A stretch of DNA of 64,000 nt. It comes from Candidatus Omnitrophota bacterium. GTDB taxonomy: Bacteria > Omnitrophota > Omnitrophia > Omnitrophales > Aquincolibacteriaceae. Under the pieces are notes generated by a model. The model was not told the origin of the DNA and made no database searches. It saw only the letters and a list, made by a program, of their open reading frames with translations. How positions within the stretch are numbered: the stretch's first letter is position 1; every line of letters starts with the position of its first letter. The stretch lies in NCBI GenBank assembly GCA_049324575.1, contig JBMONI010000004.1, positions 43,960-107,959 on the forward strand, in the 5' to 3' direction. This document shows, in pieces, positions 55,286-63,084 of this stretch. The translations under genes and the position numbers were made by a program.

Positions 55286-56746
55286 TCAACTTGAATGACG
55301 AAATCCCGGTTTTAAAACTCCCAGGCAAACGCCCATTAATAAATACAAGAGCAGCGCCATGTTGAAATTTCCGAGCATTTGACTGATGGAAGCATGCGCG
55401 AGGATCATCATGACCGGGCAAAAGACCGAAAGTCCCGCCATGAATTGAAAGCGGCTTCCGGTCCGCACGAGTCCCCGGACCGCGTAAAAAACAAAGGTCA
55501 GCAAAAATCCATAATAGAGCCATGCCCCGAACCCCTCTTCGGCCCGGATCAAAAGGTAATGGTTCATCGGATGAGCCGCCGCCAAGGTCGGTTCCACACG
55601 CCCCCGGTCTACTTCCGTCACGACTTTCGGAAAGACTTCCTCATATCGCCCGGTGCCCACTCCCCACACCGGCGCTTTTTTTGCCATGGCCAACGCCGCT
55701 TTCGCCCCGAGGATATTCTGCTGAAGACTTTGGGGATCCCGCACTTCCCGGCCCAAGGTTCTCACTTCCTGGATAACGGCCGGGGATGAGAGCGCAAATC
55801 CCGCCAGGGCGATGGCCAGAAGTCCGAGCCCCCACAGGACTTTTCGGTAATGCCCGTATTTGAGGAGGAGCCCCGCCGCGAACAAGAATAGCGCGGCCCC
55901 GAAGAAAAGGATCGTCCCGCGGGAATAAAAAGCAAAGACCGCCAAGCCCGCGAAGGCGATCACAGCGAGCAGGCTGACCATCTGAAGCATATTGATCGAC
56001 ATCCGGTTGGCCGAACGGCGGCGGACGGATTCGATATCCATAAATGCATAAATCAATAATCCCAGCGCGACAAAAAAACCCACGGCGATCACATCCCCCG
56101 CCCAGTTCCAATGCGCAAAGCGTCCGAAGATCATTCGGCCCACCACCGGGAGTTCGCTTAAAAAAGAAAAATAGAAACTGTGGGCACTGTCCTTGAGATA
56201 ATCCTGCCCGCGAACGCTTGTGAGCCAGGGCAGGCAATTCACAAGGAGGAAGACCGTTCCATAGACCAGGGACCAGAGCAATGTCCGCACCTTGCTCCGG
56301 CGGGAGCAGAGGCCGTAGCTTATAAGGAAGAGAGCCAGGAAGAAGAACCACTCGGTGGATTGCCCGAAAACCGGCGACGCGCCCGCTTCGACGGCCTGAT
56401 AGTGTTCGTGGCTTGAATGCATAAGCCGGATCCCCTGATACAGGAGGAAAGCCCCGAAAACGGTTCCCGCAGGTGACAGGAGCCCCCGGAGAAGGTTTCG
56501 GTCGAGGAAAAAACCGATTGCCACGCCCCCCATAAGGAGGAGGGCTCCGATCTTCCTCAATTCCACCGTCGCGGCATAATCGTAGCCGACCGCAAACAAG
56601 ACGAGAACCGCATAGGCGCAAAAGAGGAAGAAAATCGCCTTCCGCATCACCGCCTGCGCGGCTGCAGCCAGAGCGCCCATCCGTCCCTGAACTCTCGGAG
56701 CGATCAGGATCGCGGCGTGATTTTGTTCCAGCGATGAGGTTAACAT
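55286..56746 (-). CDS. O-antigen ligase-like (Wzy_C family) polytopic membrane protein, cassette 2 partner; GC-rich
   Basis: Signature NHYLLIRAEEGFGAWLYYGFLLTFVFY and multiple TM helices. The most-upstream start overlaps the end of the 56740..59364 gene by 7 nt. The real start may be the internal MGALAAAAQ (near 56680). Confidence 0.7.
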   Translation of the reverse strand: MLTSSLEQNHAAILIAPRVQGRMGALAAAAQAVMRKAIFFLFCAYAVLVLFAVGYDYAATVELRKIGALLLMGGVAIGFFLDRNLLRGLLSPAGTVFGAFLLYQGIRLMHSSHEHYQAVEAGASPVFGQSTEWFFFLALFLISYGLCSRRSKVRTLLWSLVYGTVFLLVNCLPWLTSVRGQDYLKDSAHSFYFSFLSELPVVGRMIFGRFAHWNWAGDVIAVGFFVALGLLIYAFMDIESVRRRSANRMSINMLQMVSLLAVIAFAGLAVFAFYSRGTILFFGAALFLFAAGLLLKYGHYRKVLWGLGLLAIALAGFALSSPAVIQEVRTLGREVRDPQSLQQNILGAKAALAMAKKAPVWGVGTGRYEEVFPKVVTEVDRGRVEPTLAAAHPMNHYLLIRAEEGFGAWLYYGFLLTFVFYAVRGLVRTGSRFQFMAGLSVFCPVMMILAHASISQMLGNFNMALLLYLLMGVCLGVLKPGFRHSS

Positions 56747-59364
56747 GGCTTCTTCGCTTTCAGACGATAATTACATTCTTCGCAATAGTAATTACCATCG
56801 ACAACGCTGAACTTCCCCGTGCCATCGGCGACCATACAAACATCGATATCTTTTTCCTGTTGCGAGTCCCATTCATAATCAGGATATTCGCGATCCGGTG
56901 AATATTTACTTTCCGGCGCACAGCACTGCGAATGAAGCGTACGCGTCTTGGCGCAAACCCGGTCCGTGGGCGGAGCCCCATGAGGGATTTCCATTCCTCC
57001 GCAAACACGATCGCCCGCCCGGTAGGTCTTGATATTATCGATCGAGGACGGGCTCATGAGGGAGGCTGCACTGTCCGAGCACCACTGCCAGCTATTGGAG
57101 CTTTTTTTATAGCACGGTTTAGTACCCGTGATGCGTGTCCCCGACTTGGCCTGTGCGGTATAGGCGAAGTAATAACAGCCATCCCCGGCATAGCCGACAT
57201 CCCCATAACCCGCCGCACACGTAGGAAGCGGGTCATTATCATCACCGCGCGACACACAACTTCCTTCCCCGTCTCGGATCTGACACCGCATTCCCTTGGG
57301 GCAATCCGAACTGCGCCTGCACCCATTTCCATCATCATCGTCATCGTCGTCGTCACCTTTGCCGCCACCGCCGCCTCCTCCGCCGCCGCCGTCATCATCC
57401 CCGCCGTCATCATCCCCGCCGTCGTCATCCCCGCCGTCATCATCCCCGTCGTCATCATCCCCGCTGTCATCATCATCGCCTTCATCGGACGATTTGCATA
57501 CACCGCTGGCGGAGCCGCTTACAATATCGCATTTCATATTGCATGTTCCGTTTATGGTGATCGCGCAGCAATCTGCATCACTTTGACAACCCTCGGCCAT
57601 TTTGCACACGCCTTTTCCATCGCTGATCACACAAGTATAGAAACACAGGGACGGTCCCGTGCAACAATCGGCAGTCGAGCTACAGCCCGTATCGATCGTC
57701 TCACACACCCCTTTCCCGTTAGTGATCTTACAAGTTTTGTTGCATGGAACTTGTCCATTACAACAATCGGCCGCTGTCGCGCACCCCGTATCGATCGTCT
57801 TACAAACTCCTTTCCCGTTAGTGATCTCGCAAGTTTTGTTGCATGGAACTTGTCCATTACAACAATCGGCCGCCGTCGCGCACCCCGATGAGATGCTAAC
57901 GCAATACCCGGCCCGGTCGTCCGCGGTTTTGAATTCGCATTTTTGGCCCGTCGCACAATCCGTTTTGCTATAGCAGCGTCCTTCCATTTTATTCAAAACA
58001 CAACGATACATGATCTTAGTAGTTCCAGTGCTGATATCCGGTACCGTGATCTGCTCGCCCCCGATATCGCACATTTCATGGCTCTCGCAATCACCTCCGG
58101 ACTCACACAATTCTTTCTTCTCACAGGCCCCGCCGCCCTCAGGACAATACTGCCAGCTTGCCGGACATCCGTTCTCTTCCGAGCAAGGCCTCCCTGTGCA
58201 ATTCCCGTACTGATTCCCCGACAGTTTTTCGCACATGGCCGCACCCTGGCATTGGCTATCCGTACTGCAATCCCCATAGCTTCGCCCCTGACAAATCCCG
58301 AACTCCCCTCCGTTCTTGTTTTCGCAGACACCGCCGTTCTTGCAGTCCAAATCTCCTTGGCACTCGCATCGGCCACTGGTGACCCGGTTACCGCTTACGG
58401 GCCCATTCACGCAAATCGAATAATTTTTCCCTTCTTTGGGACGGCAAACCATGCATCCCGAGCAGTCCTCATTGCTATCGCAGGTTTTCCCGGGATCGAA
58501 TTCACAAAACCCGGTCGAGGTTTGGCAAACCTCTTCAGGCTCACAATCCGAGCTGCTCCGGCATCCGGATTCGCATTTCCCGTAACTCGCCCCCGGGTAG
58601 GGCGCTTTGCAGAACGTGCCCGCGGCGCAATCGTCATTGGACCCGCAGGTTGCCAAACAAACCCCGTAGCGATCTGAAAAATTCTGCTTATAGCATTGGC
58701 TGCCCGGCTGGCATTGCGAATCGCTTTCGCATCCACATTGGCCGCCGCTTCCCCCCGAAGGAGAATCCACGCAGGTCCCGTTACTGCAATATTGGCAGCC
58801 GGTTTGGCATTCCGCATTGGACCGGCATCCCGGCATGCACCCCCCTTTTGCGGCGTTCGGAGAATTCTTCTGGCAATATTCTCCGGCCGCGCATTGGTCA
58901 TGACTTTGGCACTGCGTCACACAGCTCCCGACCTCATCCCCCGCATTCGCCTTTTTGCAAACCGTCCCGCTCTCGCAGTCCGAATCAAGGAGGCATTCAC
59001 CGGTCGAAGGCCCGCGGCACACCCCGAGCGGCTCTCCCGGATCTCCCTTGATACAGACGTCCCCGGTTTTGCAATGTTCGGCCGATTCGCATTCGCAACG
59101 CCCATCTCCCGCGCCCGTCCCGCTGGTCGGCCCGGCCACACATTTTTTGATGCTTCCGACGAGACCGCAGACTTCGCAACCCGAGCAATCATTGTTGTTG
59201 TTGCATTCATTGGGTCTCACGAGACAAACCCCGAAGCCCGGTGTAAAAAGATGACAATATTTTTCCGGCGTGCATTCACTATCCGAGGTGCAGGCCCATA
59301 ATGCATCTTGGGCTAAAAAAGCCAGCAACAAAGCAAAACTAAATGGTATGAAGCGCCGGTTCAT
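56740..59364 (-). CDS. Secreted cysteine-rich repeat protein (874 aa from ATG) with a ~50-aa poly-Asp/Gly tract
   Basis: ATG 59364 (MNRRFIPFSFALLLAFLAQDALWA; GAGGTGG SD). The track's GTG at 59373 adds MEK. It has the same C-rich unit as 51508..55134. Three tandem ~33-aa units GCATAADCCNGQVPCNKTCEITNGKGVCKTIDT are present, the third diverged. The acidic run is DEGDDDDSGDDDDGDDDGGDDDGGDDDGGDDDGGGGGGGGGGKGDDDDDDDDG. Confidence 0.75.
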   Translation of the reverse strand: MNRRFIPFSFALLLAFLAQDALWACTSDSECTPEKYCHLFTPGFGVCLVRPNECNNNNDCSGCEVCGLVGSIKKCVAGPTSGTGAGDGRCECESAEHCKTGDVCIKGDPGEPLGVCRGPSTGECLLDSDCESGTVCKKANAGDEVGSCVTQCQSHDQCAAGEYCQKNSPNAAKGGCMPGCRSNAECQTGCQYCSNGTCVDSPSGGSGGQCGCESDSQCQPGSQCYKQNFSDRYGVCLATCGSNDDCAAGTFCKAPYPGASYGKCESGCRSSSDCEPEEVCQTSTGFCEFDPGKTCDSNEDCSGCMVCRPKEGKNYSICVNGPVSGNRVTSGRCECQGDLDCKNGGVCENKNGGEFGICQGRSYGDCSTDSQCQGAAMCEKLSGNQYGNCTGRPCSEENGCPASWQYCPEGGGACEKKELCESGGDCESHEMCDIGGEQITVPDISTGTTKIMYRCVLNKMEGRCYSKTDCATGQKCEFKTADDRAGYCVSISSGCATAADCCNGQVPCNKTCEITNGKGVCKTIDTGCATAADCCNGQVPCNKTCKITNGKGVCETIDTGCSSTADCCTGPSLCFYTCVISDGKGVCKMAEGCQSDADCCAITINGTCNMKCDIVSGSASGVCKSSDEGDDDDSGDDDDGDDDGGDDDGGDDDGGDDDGGGGGGGGGGKGDDDDDDDDGNGCRRSSDCPKGMRCQIRDGEGSCVSRGDDNDPLPTCAAGYGDVGYAGDGCYYFAYTAQAKSGTRITGTKPCYKKSSNSWQWCSDSAASLMSPSSIDNIKTYRAGDRVCGGMEIPHGAPPTDRVCAKTRTLHSQCCAPESKYSPDREYPDYEWDSQQEKDIDVCMVADGTGKFSVVDGNYYCEECNYRLKAKKPC
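57330..57490 (-). repeat. Low-complexity GTC/ATC-rich coding tract encoding poly-Asp/Gly
   Basis: The plus strand reads catcatcatcgtcatcgtcgtcgtc...gtcatcatccccgcc repeated. In frame this gives (DDDGG)n and G10. Confidence 0.7.
57600..57890 (-). repeat. Three tandem ~99-bp coding repeats (two near-identical, one diverged) in the 874-aa Cys-rich gene
   Basis: cccgtatcgatcgtct[c/t]acaaac...caacaatcggccgc[t/c]gtcgcgcacc occurs twice in succession and is preceded by a diverged copy. They encode GCATAADCCNGQVPCNKTC[E/K]ITNGKGVC[K/E]TIDT. Confidence 0.7.
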
Positions 59365-59373
59365 TTTTTCCAC

Positions 59374-59609
59374 CTCGGTTGAAGATTTTATATCTCATTC
59401 GATCCATTTTGATCATTTCCTTATTTGCGCTGTTCTAATATAAGAATTTGCATAAGTTTTGATAGAAATCTATTGAATTATGGCGAGAGGAAAAAAAGGC
59501 TATCCGGGAGGCAACAAAAGCCGTGGCCAGATCAAAGTCCCCCGAGGGGCCTAGGGAGCGCCCTTCAAAGTCTGCTTCGGCCGGAAGAAGCCGGTGCGAG
59601 AGATCCGTC
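59374..59609 (-). promoter_or_regulatory. Intergenic region between cassette 1 and cassette 2; putative promoter of the 874-aa Cys-rich gene
   Basis: ~235-bp spacer with lower GC near the start codon. No confident motif assignment. Confidence 0.25.
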
Positions 59610-61031
59610 TTAGCGGGTATGGCTGAACTTGGGATGGAGGATCCCGAGGCAGGCTCCCATGAAAGTGTAGACAAGGATGTTCATGTTGAAGTTCTCAAGG
59701 AGTGGATGGATCGTCGCGTGGCCGTGCACCATAACGAGCCAGGAAAAGATCGCTAATCCGATAATAAATTGATACCGGCTGGCCGCATGCAAAAGGCCGC
59801 TGATCACTTCCGCGAAAAACAGGATCAGAAAAAGATAATAGAGATAGGCGCCGACACCTTCTTCAGCCCATATCTGCAAATAATGATTCATGGCATAGTC
59901 TTCGGCCAAAGTCATTCGATGATCCGGTCGTAGTCCGGTTTTTTCTTGAATCAAGGGATATAAACGTAAATAGCCGTCGGTCCCGACACCCCAAACTGGA
60001 AATTCTCGGTGCATGGCTAAAGCGATCTTCCCCGCGTGTAAATTTTCACTAAAGCTCGTCGGGCTTTTGATTTCATTTTCCAGCGTTTGGACTTCCTGAA
60101 ATGTCGATTTGAAACTCCCGCTACTAAAGAAATATCCGACAACGAGCAATCCGGCCATCCCCGCAGCCAGCCAAACCCTGGATGCCTGAAGCTTCCACAA
60201 GAGCACGCTGACAAAAACAAGAACAGCCATAACAAACCAACTGATGCTCCCGCGCGAAAAGAAACCCAGGATCGAGAGCGTTCCAAGCCCCACCGCCAGC
60301 ATGGGGAAAAGGATTTCGAACAGATTAACCCGACTGCGGCTCGCCCTCCGGCTCCCTTCGCGATCGAATTGCACGAATGCATAAATAAATGAGGCCGCAC
60401 CCAGGAACACTCCGATCGCGACGAGATCCCCCATCAGGTTATGCCAGGCGAAGGTGCCGAGAAAATATTTCGAAATTAATGGGTGACAATACAGAATCGG
60501 GAAGAAAAAAATCTGAAGCCCAGGAATAACGTAGCCCCAGCTCCCGTCCTGAAATAATGACGGGAGGTGATTCGCTATGAGAAAAAGAACACTCCCGAGG
60601 GTGACGCTGACGAGAGCTTTAGTGGGACGGCGCGATGAAAAAAGAACATAGGAAATTGTCATCAGCGAAAAATAAAAAAACCAGTCTAAAGGCGCCTTGG
60701 AATAAAATTGAAAAGGCTCCCAAAAAAGAACACGATCATGCGGTTGTCCCTTCGCAAAGAAAAGAACTGCCCACAAAAATCGCAAAATCTGGAATAGCAG
60801 CAATGCAATAAAACAACAAAGCGCACTGCTAAGTGAGATGCCACGGCGGGGTTTTAAAACCCGAAAATTGACAACAAATAACACCAACAGAGCAAATGCC
60901 AACAGCATACGAAAATTCGCATGGTGTTCTTCGCCATGCTTGAAGGTGTGATTGTCGAATCCAAGCGCAAGGAACGCGATGGCGATAAAAGCACAGAACA
61001 GTACAAGATACCCCTTTGCAGAGCTGCGCAA
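59610..61031 (-). CDS. O-antigen ligase-like (Wzy_C family) polytopic membrane protein, cassette 1 partner; intermediate GC
   Basis: Signature NHYLQIWAEEGVGAYLYYLFLILFFA and multiple TM helices. TTG start at 61031 per the track (alternative internal ATG further in). Confidence 0.7.
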   Translation of the reverse strand: MRSSAKGYLVLFCAFIAIAFLALGFDNHTFKHGEEHHANFRMLLAFALLVLFVVNFRVLKPRRGISLSSALCCFIALLLFQILRFLWAVLFFAKGQPHDRVLFWEPFQFYSKAPLDWFFYFSLMTISYVLFSSRRPTKALVSVTLGSVLFLIANHLPSLFQDGSWGYVIPGLQIFFFPILYCHPLISKYFLGTFAWHNLMGDLVAIGVFLGAASFIYAFVQFDREGSRRASRSRVNLFEILFPMLAVGLGTLSILGFFSRGSISWFVMAVLVFVSVLLWKLQASRVWLAAGMAGLLVVGYFFSSGSFKSTFQEVQTLENEIKSPTSFSENLHAGKIALAMHREFPVWGVGTDGYLRLYPLIQEKTGLRPDHRMTLAEDYAMNHYLQIWAEEGVGAYLYYLFLILFFAEVISGLLHAASRYQFIIGLAIFSWLVMVHGHATIHPLLENFNMNILVYTFMGACLGILHPKFSHTR

Positions 61032-61107
61032 ATCATCCCCTTTCGCAATCAGGTGCCGATTAATTCCCTATCCTCACCTGCATGACCGTCGAGTTCCCTG
61101 CAATTTA

Positions 61108-61977
61108 CTACTCTCGTTTTGGGTCTTTTTGGTACTTGCAGCAAAATAGTGAATCCCTCGAATTGCCTTCCGTACAGTGCCCGGCCCCTACATAGACATA
61201 ATCTTTAGGCGGTGGGCACGAGCTGGGAAAGATCGAACCTTCGTCGCAAGTCGGAGTTCCGCCATTTTTGCTACACGGCTTTGTAACATCAATGCCACTT
61301 ATCGCGCCATCATTGCACACGATTTTTCGCCGCGCCGGAGCCGCGGGCTCATCGACTATACATTTCCAGGAGGGGTTATCATGATCTTGCCACGGACTGA
61401 CACACTCGGGCTCCCCCATGCTTGCCACCCCCCCATGTTTTTTACATTTTTCGTCCGCTTGTTCTTCATCACTAGGATTTCCTCCAGGAGGGTCCGTGGG
61501 ATCTGTCGGATCTGTTTTAGGATCACCACCCGGAGGAGTCTTCTTGTCCTTACAGCAATCCGACGGTAAAGCAGGCCCCGCGCTTGCGCCGGGACATTGA
61601 GGTGTTCCCGTGCGCTCCTGGTTCGCGCCACATCCATTCTGGGGACTGCCTCCACTGGGACAAGTCGCTTTCGCTTCTGTATAAATCCTGCCTTTTGCAT
61701 TGCATATGCAACCAGACTCCGCTTGGTTCGTACAGTATTCATCCTTTGCGGTATAACATTCCATGCCCTCACTACTCTGAGGAAGATTACTCCACGAATG
61801 AGCTCCCGTGCACTGCCTGGAAGGCGCACATACATGCTTATTTCCTCCACCTCCGCCGCCCCCTGCGCCTCCTCCCTTACCATCCTTAGCTGGCGCCGCG
61901 TATGTTTCACCCATCATGAGGCAAAAGGCGCAGAAAAAACACCCCACTATGCCCAAATACGTTCGTGAGATCTTCAT
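61108..61977 (-). CDS. Small secreted cysteine-rich protein (289 aa) with poly-Gly and Pro/Asp/Thr-rich low-complexity segments
   Basis: ATG 61977 with GGAGGAG SD. Signal peptide MKISRTYLGIVGCFFCAFCLMMGETYAAPA. Contains GGGAGGGGGGGN and PGGDPKTDPTDPTDPPGGNPSDEE and about 26 Cys. Confidence 0.7.
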   Translation of the reverse strand: MKISRTYLGIVGCFFCAFCLMMGETYAAPAKDGKGGGAGGGGGGGNKHVCAPSRQCTGAHSWSNLPQSSEGMECYTAKDEYCTNQAESGCICNAKGRIYTEAKATCPSGGSPQNGCGANQERTGTPQCPGASAGPALPSDCCKDKKTPPGGDPKTDPTDPTDPPGGNPSDEEQADEKCKKHGGVASMGEPECVSPWQDHDNPSWKCIVDEPAAPARRKIVCNDGAISGIDVTKPCSKNGGTPTCDEGSIFPSSCPPPKDYVYVGAGHCTEGNSRDSLFCCKYQKDPKRE

Positions 61978-62217
61978 CGTTTTCTCCTCCTGAGAGAATT
62001 TTTATAGCTTAAAAGAACAGAACTTTTTAAAAACATCGATGAGCGATACCTAGCATAAGTATACATGGCAGAAAGACTAATTTCAAATCGTTTAAAAGTA
62101 GTTCAATAGAGGGTGATTTTGAGCATTTTTCTCCTTTTTCTGATTAAAAGATCTTGATTTTTTTTAGGCGTCTAATTTTAAGTCCTGGGATTTGGAGGCT
62201 TCCCCTCTTCCAGAAGG

Positions 62218-62247
62218 GCGTAGGGCGCACGAAAGTGTGCCCTGCGG
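62218..62247. repeat. REP-like imperfect palindrome with GTAGGGC...GCCCTG core
   Basis: gcgtagggcgcacgaaagtgtgccctgcgg. It shares its arms with the palindrome at 6458..6487 and with the inverted copy at 62341..62367. Confidence 0.45.
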
Positions 62248-62340
62248 TTGGCTCTGTGGACTTCCGAAGAACCCCTTCCCTGATGCCTTCCAACCAAAGA
62301 GCGGTCCGGCACTGCAACGGAAGAATATCGATGTTATCCA

Positions 62341-62367
62341 TACAGGGCACGCGGAAGTGTCCCTACG
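62341..62367. repeat. REP-like imperfect palindrome, opposite orientation to 62218..62247
   Basis: tacagggcacgcggaagtgtccctacg. Its reverse complement is CGTAGGGACACTTCCGCGTGCCCTGTA, matching the ends of the element ~95 bp upstream. Confidence 0.4.
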
Positions 62368-62397
62368 ATCTTAAAAAAACTTTGGAAAATAAAGCCG

Positions 62398-63084
62398 TTA
62401 GCGCACGATGCTGCGAACGAACGCATCGCTTGGGGCAAGGCCGCTGGACTGAAGGCTCTCGAGGGTCTTTTTCGCGGTCGTTTTGGATTCGAAGGCATTG
62501 GCGCAAACTTGATAGTACTCCCCGCTCGGAATGACAAAGCCGTCAAAACCTTTCTCTTCCAGTTTCTGGATCTGGCGGGTCGCGGCAGACTCGGTCTTGT
62601 AGGTCAGCACCTGGATCGTGTATTTGCCGTCCTGGCGGCGTTCTGTGATCGTGCGGGTCGCGCGCGTCGTCGTTGTTTCACTCTGGAAGGTCGTGACCAC
62701 CCCATCCCCGGGGATTGCCGGCGTTTCCGGTTCACGCACGGAGTCCCCGTCGATCTGGACCGCCGGCGCGGCGACCGGCTCGATCACATTGACGCGCATC
62801 GAGGCCAGGCCATCGACCTTGGCGCGGAGATCCTCGACCTGGGCCGTGTATTTGGCTTCGATCTTTTTCACCGTAGCCGCGGCGCCCTGTTTTCCGGCGT
62901 CATAGCCCGCCGAATAGACCCAGACCCCGGCGACCATAGCGCCGATTCCGAGAAAGAGAAGATGATCCAGCCGGAAGGTTAATGAAAAACGCTCGAAAAA
63001 AGGCGTTCGCGGGACCCCCATTTTCCGGGGCAAGCTGCTGGCAACATCAAAAAGATCGGCCTGGCGGCCACGTAAAATTTCCAT
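62398..63084 (-). CDS. SPOR-domain membrane protein, second copy
   Basis: TM LLFLGIGAMVAGVWVY. C-terminal SPOR-like KYTIQVLTYKTESAATRQIQKLEEKGFDGFVIPSGEYYQVCANAFESKTTAKKTLESL. The most-upstream start overlaps the GH1 gene by 38 nt; the real start may be the internal MGVPRT at about 63021. Confidence 0.6.
   Translation of the reverse strand: MEILRGRQADLFDVASSLPRKMGVPRTPFFERFSLTFRLDHLLFLGIGAMVAGVWVYSAGYDAGKQGAAATVKKIEAKYTAQVEDLRAKVDGLASMRVNVIEPVAAPAVQIDGDSVREPETPAIPGDGVVTTFQSETTTTRATRTITERRQDGKYTIQVLTYKTESAATRQIQKLEEKGFDGFVIPSGEYYQVCANAFESKTTAKKTLESLQSSGLAPSDAFVRSIVR

Larger units (their letters stand above)
61978..62397 (-). promoter_or_regulatory. AT-rich upstream region of the cassette cluster containing two REP-like imperfect palindromes
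   Basis: Low GC at 61978..62200. Palindromic elements at 62218..62247 and 62341..62367 (see repeat features). Confidence 0.3.

Noticed and set aside
57330-57890. Possible CRISPR array or intergenic microsatellite suggested by the strong tandem repeats
   Set aside because: The repeats are in frame within a continuous ORF and encode Cys-rich units and poly-Asp. There are no spacer-like unique intervening sequences and no cas genes.
59374-59609. Possible terminator hairpins (CCGGAAGAAGCCGG, CCCCGAGGGG) after the ligase-like gene 59610..61031
   Set aside because: The stems are 4 bp and not followed by a convincing T-run on the minus strand.
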